Origin: Candidatus Parcubacteria bacterium
Lineage (GTDB): Bacteria; Patescibacteriota; Minisyncoccia; Phycocordibacterales; UBA2100
Assembly (NCBI GenBank): GCA_003599175.1
Contig: QZIY01000013.1
Span: forward strand, 1 to 57,289
Direction: 5' to 3'
Length of the DNA stretch: 57,289 nucleotides
Shown here in pieces: positions 27,139 to 34,463 of the stretch. Position 1 is the first letter of the stretch; the number at the start of each line of letters is the position of its first letter. The notes under the pieces were generated by a model. That model did not search any database, was not told where the DNA came from, and was given only the letters and a program-made list of their open reading frames with translations. The position numbers and the translations under genes are program-made.

Positions 27139-27394
27139 CCTGTCTCCCCGCGGAGATCTCCAATGCGCTTCTGCCCGTAGGGTAGGGGGACGGCATCGGA
27201 GTCTGTAGCAGCAACGGAGGCAGCAATGCCGATCGCTTGCATCGGTCAGGTCGAAAAGCGCCACGAGCCGTGCGCATCGACCGAGACCACCATCGCCCTC
27301 TGGCCAGAGCTCTAAGCACCATCCCGCATTGAGCATCTGAGCAAGAGGAAGGCCGGCACCTTACCGCCAATTGGGTACCGGCCCTCTCTTTTGC
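27139..27394 (+). ncRNA. candidate structured RNA of unknown class with its own terminator
   Basis: GC-rich ~255-nt non-coding block preceded by an AT-rich promoter-like stretch (27080-27130). Strong hairpin at 27244-27288. Ends in GGCCGGCACC-N13-GGTACCGGCC followed by CTCTCTTTTG. No credible ORF. Confidence 0.4.
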
Positions 27395-27425
27395 TGCGAT
27401 CGAAAACGCCTCCTTGTGGGGTCTA

Positions 27426-28394
27426 ATGAAGAGCGTAGAATGGCGGGGCATGGCGATTACAATAGAACAGCTGGATAATAGATATCGAGAGAAAAATGCC
27501 ACGATCATTCTTGGGGAAAATATTTTATTGAAATTTGTTCCGGAAAAATCAGTATTTGATCGAAATGACTCTCTTCGAGAATTAATCAGTACGCAAAATT
27601 TTCTTCTGGGTGAAGGTCCTAAAAACATTGGCCAAATGGTCAATCTGTCGAACAGGATCAAAAAAAGACTTGAGCATCATATTCAGTCCCAGGAACTCGC
27701 AGGTTCCTTTTTAAAGAAAGACAGATCAGGCAAGCCTGATATCGGTTTTTTTGAAAGACATATTAAACCCGACTTGATCGCGGGGGTAAAAAAACTTGAA
27801 GACTTGAGCCAGGCCGTGGATAAGTTAGAGGATTCTTTCCCACGTCGTCTTGGTCGCTCGGCGCCACATTATTTTTGTGATAACTGTATCGCCTATATCG
27901 GAACAGATATAGCACCGAGCAAATGCACGATTTGTGGAAGTGCTATAAATATTCATAGCGCTGTTCGCAATTTGCGATACTTAGAGCCAGATGTCTTTGA
28001 TTATCTCGGCGGGAAATGGTTTGAGGATTACATCGGAAAGATCTTCGAGTCCAATGGATGGAAGGTTTGGAAGCATGGATCAGTTATGGGGACTTCAGGT
28101 GAAAAGCATCCAATCGACGTATTAGCTGCAAACAATAAGACTGCAAACGTTCTAGTTGCGGAATGCAAAATCTCCCAGGATAGTTTTGCTGACAAAGACA
28201 TGCTCGCTTTCAAAGCGAGATGGCACGAAATTAGTGCGGCTCACGGTTTTTTCATCGTGCTAGGTAATGATGAGAGAGGTGAACTACAGACAAAAAGAAT
28301 ATTTGCTCGGACACCGGGCCTCTGCTTTCTGAGTGGCATGGGCGGCATGACTGACGCGCAAATCTACGAACAAATAACAAGTGAAATAGCTTAA
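27426..28394 (+). CDS. Zn-ribbon + PD-(D/E)xK (Mrr-cat-like) restriction-endonuclease-fold protein
   Basis: CDNC...CTIC ribbon, then WFEDYIGKIFESNGWKV...HPIDVLAANNKTANVLVAECK (D...ExK). The ORF opens at TTG 27414, with ATGs at 27426 and 27450. AT-rich relative to flanks. Confidence 0.65.
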   Translation: MKSVEWRGMAITIEQLDNRYREKNATIILGENILLKFVPEKSVFDRNDSLRELISTQNFLLGEGPKNIGQMVNLSNRIKKRLEHHIQSQELAGSFLKKDRSGKPDIGFFERHIKPDLIAGVKKLEDLSQAVDKLEDSFPRRLGRSAPHYFCDNCIAYIGTDIAPSKCTICGSAINIHSAVRNLRYLEPDVFDYLGGKWFEDYIGKIFESNGWKVWKHGSVMGTSGEKHPIDVLAANNKTANVLVAECKISQDSFADKDMLAFKARWHEISAAHGFFIVLGNDERGELQTKRIFARTPGLCFLSGMGGMTDAQIYEQITSEIA

Positions 28395-28402
28395 TTTTAT
28401 GA

Positions 28403-28702
28403 ATGTGTAAAAATACCGATATGAATGGCGTTAAGGAACAGTCCGGAATATTGACGTGGACAAGAGACAATATAAAAGACGCACCTGAAACCTGCGGTGT
28501 ACTTGTGCTTAGATTTTCACCAGTTAATGGTGACATTCTTTTAATTGAGGCTAGCGAGAATATCAACATTGCTTTGCGTACCCATTTGGAAAAGGAGGAA
28601 CCCGATTCGAAAATTAAATTTTTTGAATGGTACTCTACGAATAAACGAGAAGAAGCAGAAGCACTAGCAAATTTCTTACTAGAAAAGCATAGCTTGCACT
28701 AG
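28403..28702 (+). CDS. small protein with degenerate GIY-YIG-like layout (99 aa)
   Basis: CGVLVLRFSPVNGDILLIEASENINIALRTHL...EEAEALANFLLEKH mirrors GVY..-..YIG...L..R...H...E..LI, but the Tyr residues are replaced. 8-nt gap after the nuclease gene. Confidence 0.4.
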   Translation: MCKNTDMNGVKEQSGILTWTRDNIKDAPETCGVLVLRFSPVNGDILLIEASENINIALRTHLEKEEPDSKIKFFEWYSTNKREEAEALANFLLEKHSLH

Positions 28703-29223
28703 TCGGAAAAGCTAACTTCCCCGTGCGCACCAAAAGAGGGGAGCGAGTGAGCTTGGATTGCAATCGCCGAAATATTTTTGTCGTGGAAATTTTATGGCAG
28801 ATAGTTTGAGGGGAGAGAGGAGAAAAGTTTTAATTGGACAGGTGTTGACATACCTGTGGATAACTATGGTGTAATACTAGGGAGGGCGAGAACTTCTTCA
28901 TTTACGTAGCGCGCACAATATATCTTTTGCGACATTACTCTATCTACAAAGGGGCTTTGCTAAGCCTCAGCCACGGCCCGCGTGAGCCTCTAGGAGCCTC
29001 TCCAGTGCCCGCCTCCCATGCCTTGCGTATCATTCATCCCCCACTCATATCTCCGATTTCTACGGCGGCGGTTCCCTGAATCTTCTAATCCGATATTTCT
29101 TCCGAGCCCTGGGTATTTCCGATTAGCGACTCCCCCGCCTGTCTCAAATTTTTGAATCATTGGGGAAGTCACGAGATTTGTTTTTTTGGAATTTTCACCG
29201 ATTTAAATGCGATATAGGCTTCG

Positions 29224-29709
29224 TTAATCTTTCGAGTCGATACTTTGGCCGTTCAAAATTTCTCTAAATTGCTCCAGCGGTATCGTTCTTTCCTCTAACC
29301 AGATTGCCAAATCATCTACAGCTTTTTCTATTGGTAATTCTGTTTGAGCGAGCCACAGAGCTTTGTCACGTAATTCACCGCGACCAGCAACGACCGCTAC
29401 ATTGTTTATGTATAGAAAAACGATTGTGGCAGCAACGGAAAGCCTTTTGTTCCCGTTACCAAACGCGTGATTTCTATTAAAGGCATAAAACGTGATGGCG
29501 GCTTTTTTGTAGATTCCCGAATAAAGTTCCTGACCAAAGACTGCCTGTCTCGGCAAATTCAAACAAGAATCAAGTTTCGCTTGATCGTGGTCCTCATATA
29601 AGCCCATCGGCTCCTCCTCTTGGAAGAGCCGAGATGCTATATCGTGGCAAAGATCCTTCAGGATCTCTTTGTCGAGATAATTAACGGGAGAATCGTTCTC
29701 CTTTATCAT
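29224..29709 (-). CDS. doc: Doc (death-on-curing) family Fic-fold toxin
   Basis: Doc-type motif HAFGNGNKR. Confidence 0.9.
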   Translation of the reverse strand: MIKENDSPVNYLDKEILKDLCHDIASRLFQEEEPMGLYEDHDQAKLDSCLNLPRQAVFGQELYSGIYKKAAITFYAFNRNHAFGNGNKRLSVAATIVFLYINNVAVVAGRGELRDKALWLAQTELPIEKAVDDLAIWLEERTIPLEQFREILNGQSIDSKD

Positions 29710-29836
29710 AGCGGGCTAGATCTTTGAGCGTTTCGCCGTACTGACGAATAGCAAAATCGATACCAGCTTTTGCTTTCTGGTCTTTAGTTACAAAGTTGCC
29801 CGTTTTGCGGCTTTTCCTGAACATTCTCCAAAACAT
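29681..29836 (-). CDS. putative antitoxin of doc (51 aa)
   Basis: Small basic ORF (MFWRMFRKSRKTGNFVTKDQKAKAGIDFAIRQYGETLKDLARYDKGERFSR) overlapping the doc start by 29 nt. TATAAT lies 6 nt upstream of its ATG. Direct repeat CGTCTGTCA x2 lies upstream. Family not recognised. Confidence 0.45.
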   Translation of the reverse strand: MFWRMFRKSRKTGNFVTKDQKAKAGIDFAIRQYGETLKDLARYDKGERFSR

Positions 29837-29974
29837 ATACAAATTATAGCATATTCGTGTTCTGACAGACGTATGCTGTTGACAGACGATTCCCCAATTA
29901 CGTCGCAAAATATTTAAAATATTTCCCGACATAACTCTATAGCAGGGTAGGTCCCCTACTCGGTACAATGCGGT

Positions 29975-30631
29975 ATGCGATATGGCGACCGGATCAAGAA
30001 GCTTCTGACTCCTCTTGAGCACGCGATTTTTAAGAAGCTCAATACGCCGCAGAAGATTCAGGATTATTTGGATCGCCTCCCAATCAATTTTGAGATGGAC
30101 GGGGAGACATACCTCTCCCCTCGCCTCGTGATGAGGCAGGGGACGGCGCATTGCTTTGAAGGCGCGGTATTTGCAGCGACTGCACTCGCCTATCATGGCG
30201 AGCGGCCGCTCTTACTCGATCTGAAGACGAAGAAGCCGGATGTGGATCATGTCGTCGCACTCTTCAAGCAAAACGGCTACTGGGGCTCGATTAGCAAAAC
30301 CAATCGCAATATTTTGCGCTGGCGCGATCCGGTCTACACATCGGTGCGCGAGCTCGCACTTACCTATTTTAACGAATATTTTTACGACGACGGCCGCAAA
30401 ACGCTCGTCTCCTATTCGAGGCCCTTCGACCTCTCACAATTTCGCCCGGAAGAATGGGTGATTGCGGAAGAGGATTTGGATGATATCGCCCTTCGGCTCG
30501 ATAAGAGCCCTCACTTCCCTATCGTGCCCGCCAAAAATAAAAAGCTTTTGCGGAAGGCATCGAAGGTAGAGATCGATGCGATGAAAATCGTCGAGTGGAA
30601 GGTGCCCAAGGGGTATAAGGCGGGTATTTAG
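29975..30631 (+). CDS. hypothetical protein, possible papain/transglutaminase-like Cys-His fold
   Basis: GTAHCFEGAVFAATALAYHG ... DVDHVVALF ... suggests a Cys/His pair. No firm family call. Confidence 0.5.
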   Translation: MRYGDRIKKLLTPLEHAIFKKLNTPQKIQDYLDRLPINFEMDGETYLSPRLVMRQGTAHCFEGAVFAATALAYHGERPLLLDLKTKKPDVDHVVALFKQNGYWGSISKTNRNILRWRDPVYTSVRELALTYFNEYFYDDGRKTLVSYSRPFDLSQFRPEEWVIAEEDLDDIALRLDKSPHFPIVPAKNKKLLRKASKVEIDAMKIVEWKVPKGYKAGI

Positions 30632-30651
30632 CATTGCGGTATAATTGGCGT

Positions 30652-31539
30652 ATGCAACAACAGAAGTCTCATGAGACAGTCGTCATTTCGCTCTCCATTG
30701 CGCTCGCTGCCCTTACAGTAGCCGTAGCCATTGGTGCGTGGATGGGCTATGAGCGCTTTATGGCACTCTCAATGCGTGTGGAGACACTCGAAGCCGAGGT
30801 GGCTACGACGACCGATCGCTTGGCTCGCGGCCTCGAGGAGACGCATAGCACGCTCGCGAGTGCACTCGAAGAAGAGCAAGAGCGATCGGAAAAATTGCAG
30901 ACGCAATTTGGCACGATTTCGGATAGCGTTGATGTTTTGGAAAAATTGAGCACACTCGATGGTCAGCTTCTCAAAAAATATTCCAAAGTCTACTTCCTCA
31001 ATGAAAACTACATGCCCGAGCAGCTCTCGGTCATCCCCAAAGAATATACATACAATGAAGAGCGCGAGTATTCTGTAGCTTCTCCCATTCTCCGCGATCT
31101 CACCAACATGCTCCGCGCCGCAAAACGCGCGGGGATCGAGATCTATGTCGCTTCCGCGTACCGCTCTTTTGGCGAGCAAGGCGCACTCAAGGGTCAGTAT
31201 TCTATGACGTATGGCGAAGGTAGTGCAGGACAATTTTCAGCAGATCAGGGCTATTCCGAACACCAGTTGGGCACGACGCTCGATTTCACCACGACGGGTC
31301 TTGGTGGCGGGCTTGCGGGTTTCGGTAACACACCGGCCTTTGAGTGGCTCCAGGAAAACGCATACAAATACGGCTTCATTCTCTCGTATCCCGAGGGCAA
31401 TCAGTACTACATGTATGAGCCGTGGCATTGGCGATTTGTCGGTGAGGACTTGGCCGACGATCTCCACGATGAAGGCATGAACTTCTACGACATGGATCAG
31501 CGTGAGCTTGATAAGTATCTGGCGACCATCTTCGATTAA
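30652..31539 (+). CDS. VanY/M15B D-alanyl-D-alanine carboxypeptidase, membrane anchored
   Basis: SEHQLGTTLDF and EPWHWRFVG zinc-ligand motifs. TATAAT (30640-30645) lies 6 nt before the ATG at 30652. Confidence 0.85.
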   Translation: MQQQKSHETVVISLSIALAALTVAVAIGAWMGYERFMALSMRVETLEAEVATTTDRLARGLEETHSTLASALEEEQERSEKLQTQFGTISDSVDVLEKLSTLDGQLLKKYSKVYFLNENYMPEQLSVIPKEYTYNEEREYSVASPILRDLTNMLRAAKRAGIEIYVASAYRSFGEQGALKGQYSMTYGEGSAGQFSADQGYSEHQLGTTLDFTTTGLGGGLAGFGNTPAFEWLQENAYKYGFILSYPEGNQYYMYEPWHWRFVGEDLADDLHDEGMNFYDMDQRELDKYLATIFD

Positions 31540-31548
31540 AAGTGGGCG

Positions 31549-31674
31549 GGAGGCAAGGTGCTTTTCGTGTCTGCGGAACTAGCCGAGTCTTGAACATCGC
31601 TCGACGTTACGAGCGATGTTCAAGCTCTGCGTCGGACAAAAACCCCCTCGCCACAGAAAAGCCACCTTACCTCC
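31549..31674. repeat. structured intergenic element SIE-2 (126 nt)
   Basis: Outer stem GGAGGCAAGGTGCTTTTC/GAAAAGCCACCTTACCTCC, core TTTTCGTGTCTGCGGAACT, inner hairpin GAGTCTTGAACATCGCTCG/CGAGCGATGTTCAAGCTC, 3' core GTCGGACAAAAACCCCCTCGCCACAGAAAAG. Confidence 0.55.
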
Positions 31675-31689
31675 TCTAGAGTTCGTGCA

Positions 31690-32979
31690 TTAGAGATAGT
31701 TCATCGGATTAAGATATCCGGCCTTATCCCGTGGTACTGGCATCGTTGCGCTGCCACACGCTTTCGCGCTCGCGCTTGCTTCGGAAAGTTTTACGATTGA
31801 TGTCACTGATGTCGCATATACTCCGAAGTGAAGATGCGGCCCGGTCGCATAACCCGTCTCTCCGCTGTATCCGATAGGTTGGCCCGTATACACCTGCTGT
31901 CCTGTTGAGACCGAAATTTGTGAGAGATGCGCATACATTGTACTGAGCCCGTTAGCATGTTTGATCATGACCCATCTACCAAATGAATAACACCCAGATG
32001 CGCCACCGCGCGATGGATCGCCAGTGTCTCCTGTTCCTATGACAGTACCTGCCAAAGCAGCCTTTATTGGTGTTCCAATGGGTACACCGAAGTCGATGCC
32101 GTTGTGGCCGTTGCCGTTATAGGCACCACTCGCGGCAAATGCAGTGTTACCGAAATATTGCGTTATTCGCACGTTATCGACCGGATACTTGAGGACTCCT
32201 TTGCCTGCAGGTGTAATTTGAGAAGGATTGAGTACTTGCTGATATTGGGCGTTTAGATTGGAAAGCGCCTGCTCAAATGCTTGCTGCTGCATCTTTTTTT
32301 GCGCAATAATCTTTTGATAGTTGGCCTCCTGCGATTTTGTCTCCGCTAAAAGATCAGCCTGTGCCGATTTCTGCGCACTCAAGGAACCCTGCTGCGTCTT
32401 CAGCGTTTGCTGTTGTTTTATCAGTTCATTTTGTTTTGCCTGCGTTGTGGTACGCGCGTCGGTGTATTCTTGCTTCGCATCTGCAAGATTTTTGATATTG
32501 GTGCGCACGGCACCCTGCACGGTCTGCGACATCACGATGTCATCCCAGACATCTTGCGTACCCACCGAGAGAAGCTGTGCTGCCATCGTCTGTGATTCGG
32601 CGATCGCGAGTGCGCGGATCGATTCGCTGAGTCCCTGGCTGTTTACATCGATCGACTGCTGCGCAGTTTGAATGTTGCCCGAGAGTTTTTTGATCTCGAG
32701 CCGCGTCGCGTCGATTTTGTTTTCCGTCTGGCTGATTTCTGCGTTCTTTTTCTTTATTTGAAGATTGAGTTCATCGAGCTTCGCCTGCAACGTATTTTTG
32801 CGGGCCGAGGTTTCGGTGAGCTGCTTCTGGTATTGGGCGATTTCCTCATCGAGTTTCTTGATTTCGTTGTTGTGATTGTTGATCTGTGCCTGGATTTCAG
32901 CTGCGCTCTGCGCCGATACCAAAAAAGGACTTCCCAAGAGTAAGAGTGCAATAAAAAGTGCGGTTGAGCGTTTTGTCAT
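31690..32979 (-). CDS. secreted M23 peptidase with N-terminal coiled coil (EnvC-like)
   Basis: Signal peptide, long Q/K-rich coiled coil, and M23 motifs HNGIDF and GPHLHFGVY. Confidence 0.9.
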   Translation of the reverse strand: MTKRSTALFIALLLLGSPFLVSAQSAAEIQAQINNHNNEIKKLDEEIAQYQKQLTETSARKNTLQAKLDELNLQIKKKNAEISQTENKIDATRLEIKKLSGNIQTAQQSIDVNSQGLSESIRALAIAESQTMAAQLLSVGTQDVWDDIVMSQTVQGAVRTNIKNLADAKQEYTDARTTTQAKQNELIKQQQTLKTQQGSLSAQKSAQADLLAETKSQEANYQKIIAQKKMQQQAFEQALSNLNAQYQQVLNPSQITPAGKGVLKYPVDNVRITQYFGNTAFAASGAYNGNGHNGIDFGVPIGTPIKAALAGTVIGTGDTGDPSRGGASGCYSFGRWVMIKHANGLSTMYAHLSQISVSTGQQVYTGQPIGYSGETGYATGPHLHFGVYATSVTSIVKLSEASASAKACGSATMPVPRDKAGYLNPMNYL

Positions 32980-34328
32980 GCGGCAAGTACTGTGCGAGCG
33001 TCATCTATGCGTGCGAGCGTCGATTCACGGCCGATAATCGAAGCAATGAGAAACGGATCGGGACTTTTGTCGCGACCCGAGAGCGCGTAGCGAAGCGGCC
33101 ACAAGACAGCGCCTCGTCCTTCGGCTGTCGCATACTCCCAGAGTGCATCCTTGATCCCCTCTGCGGTCCATGCGGAATCGGAGATCTCTGTAAGCGCATC
33201 TCGCGCGAATGAAAGATGCTTCAGAGCCGCTCCCGCTTCTGATTTTTTATCAGGAATTCGTGCAGGATCAAGAGTCGGCTTAATGAAAAAGAAATCAAAC
33301 TCCCCTTCCGCGACCGCTTCCTTTATGTCGCTCGCGACGTCGATCCGCTCACGTAGGAGCGATAGGAGTTTCCCTGCCAATCTTTCATCATAGCTATTCC
33401 CCTTCTCTTCGAGCGCGGATTTAAAAACGGGCAGTGCGTATTGCGCAAACTCGTCTTCATTCATGCGCTCTACATACTGACGATTAAACCAGCGCAACTT
33501 TTCAAGATCAAAGACTGCGGCACTCTTGTGGAGATCATGCAAGTCGAATTCCGCGATCATTTCATCGATATTCATGATTTCCCTACCCGATGGCGGTGTC
33601 CACCCAAGCATCGCGAGGTAGTTGAGGAGTGCTTCCGGGAGAAATCCTTTCTCACGATATGAGCGCACGGCGACGTCCCCTTTTCGCTTTGAGAGCTTGG
33701 ATTTGTCGGCAGCAAGATGCAGCGGAAAGTGAGCGTATTCTGGCCGACTGTATCCGAGCGCTTCTTGGATCAGAATTTGCCGCGGCGTATTGGAAATATG
33801 ATCCTCACCGCGAATCACATGGGTGATGCCCATCAAGGCATCGTCGATGACGACGGTGAGATGGTAGAGCGGGTCATCTACGGCGCGGGCAATCGCAAAA
33901 TCGCCGAGCTCGGTCGTGTCGAAGGTGATGTCGCCGCGGATAATGTCGGTAAAGGTGATCGATTTGCCGGGATTGCGCAGACGGACAACTTCGACCTCGA
34001 TGCTCGGATCTTTTTTGCTTGGCTCTTTCGAGAGGTACGCCTTGTCCTCATCAATCAATCGTTGAAGCTCCCTCGTATAGGTGGGCGTGCGCTCTGATTG
34101 GCGGTAAAACTCATCCCATTCCAGCCCGAGCCACTTCAATTCATGGACGATATCTTCCTCGAATTCCTTGGTGCTGCGCTCGCGATCGGTGTCTTCGCTG
34201 CGGAAGACGATCGTGCCGCCCATCTTTTTGGCGAACATATAGTTTAAGACCGCCATGCGGGCGGTCCCGACGTGACAATAGCCAGTCGGACTCGGTGGAA
34301 ATCGTACTTTTATCGCTTTTAAACTCAT
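32976..34328 (-). CDS. gltX: glutamyl-tRNA synthetase
   Basis: VRFPPSPTGYCHVGTAR (HIGH) and KLSKRKG (KMSKS). Start set at Met 34328. 4-nt overlap with the M23 gene. Confidence 0.95.
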   Translation of the reverse strand: MSLKAIKVRFPPSPTGYCHVGTARMAVLNYMFAKKMGGTIVFRSEDTDRERSTKEFEEDIVHELKWLGLEWDEFYRQSERTPTYTRELQRLIDEDKAYLSKEPSKKDPSIEVEVVRLRNPGKSITFTDIIRGDITFDTTELGDFAIARAVDDPLYHLTVVIDDALMGITHVIRGEDHISNTPRQILIQEALGYSRPEYAHFPLHLAADKSKLSKRKGDVAVRSYREKGFLPEALLNYLAMLGWTPPSGREIMNIDEMIAEFDLHDLHKSAAVFDLEKLRWFNRQYVERMNEDEFAQYALPVFKSALEEKGNSYDERLAGKLLSLLRERIDVASDIKEAVAEGEFDFFFIKPTLDPARIPDKKSEAGAALKHLSFARDALTEISDSAWTAEGIKDALWEYATAEGRGAVLWPLRYALSGRDKSPDPFLIASIIGRESTLARIDDARTVLAA

Positions 34329-34459
34329 AAGGCGATAAAAGAATACCCAATAACCAAGATACAAACACCAAACAAATTCCAAATAGCAATGTCAGAATTT
34401 CCAATTTGAATATTGGATCTTGAATATTGTTTGGTTATTGTCTCTTGTATCTTGTTCAT
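34325..34459 (-). CDS. 44-aa tail-anchored micro-protein (not in ORF track as such)
   Basis: MNKIQETITKQYSRSNIQIGNSDIAIWNLFGVCILVIGYSFIAL*. GAGGAG lies 8 nt upstream. Starts 5 nt after the murG stop, and its TGA overlaps the gltX ATG (ATGA). Confidence 0.45.
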   Translation of the reverse strand: MNKIQETITKQYSRSNIQIGNSDIAIWNLFGVCILVIGYSFIAL

Positions 34460-34463
34460 GTTG

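Noticed and set aside
27139-27394. Assignment of the GC-rich block to SRP RNA, RNase P RNA, tmRNA, 6S RNA or a T-box/TPP riboswitch
   Set aside because: Only short partial matches were seen by eye: GGTCAGGTC versus the SRP GUCAGGUCC-GGAA-GGAAGCAGC, AGAGGAAGGCCGG versus the RNase P GAGGAAAGUCCGG, and AATTGGGTACCGG versus the T-box AANNNGGGUGGNACCGCG. Key partner motifs are missing or in the wrong order, so it is left as unknown.
27113-27661. 182-aa minus-strand ORF across the GC-rich non-coding block
   Set aside because: It has no protein-like features. It overlaps the start of the nuclease gene in antisense. The region is better explained as structured non-coding sequence.
28855-28863. Chromosomal oriC on the basis of perfect DnaA boxes (here and at 49007-49015)
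   Set aside because: There are only two isolated boxes 20 kb apart, no dnaA, dnaN or gidA neighbourhood, and no box cluster. At most this is a remnant of a mobile-element origin.
28990-29172. 60-aa Gly/Arg-rich minus-strand ORF downstream of doc
   Set aside because: It has an extreme composition (GGG and RRRR runs), no SD or -10 at the right distance, and lies in the repeat-bearing non-coding stretch. Coding is not excluded but is unsupported.
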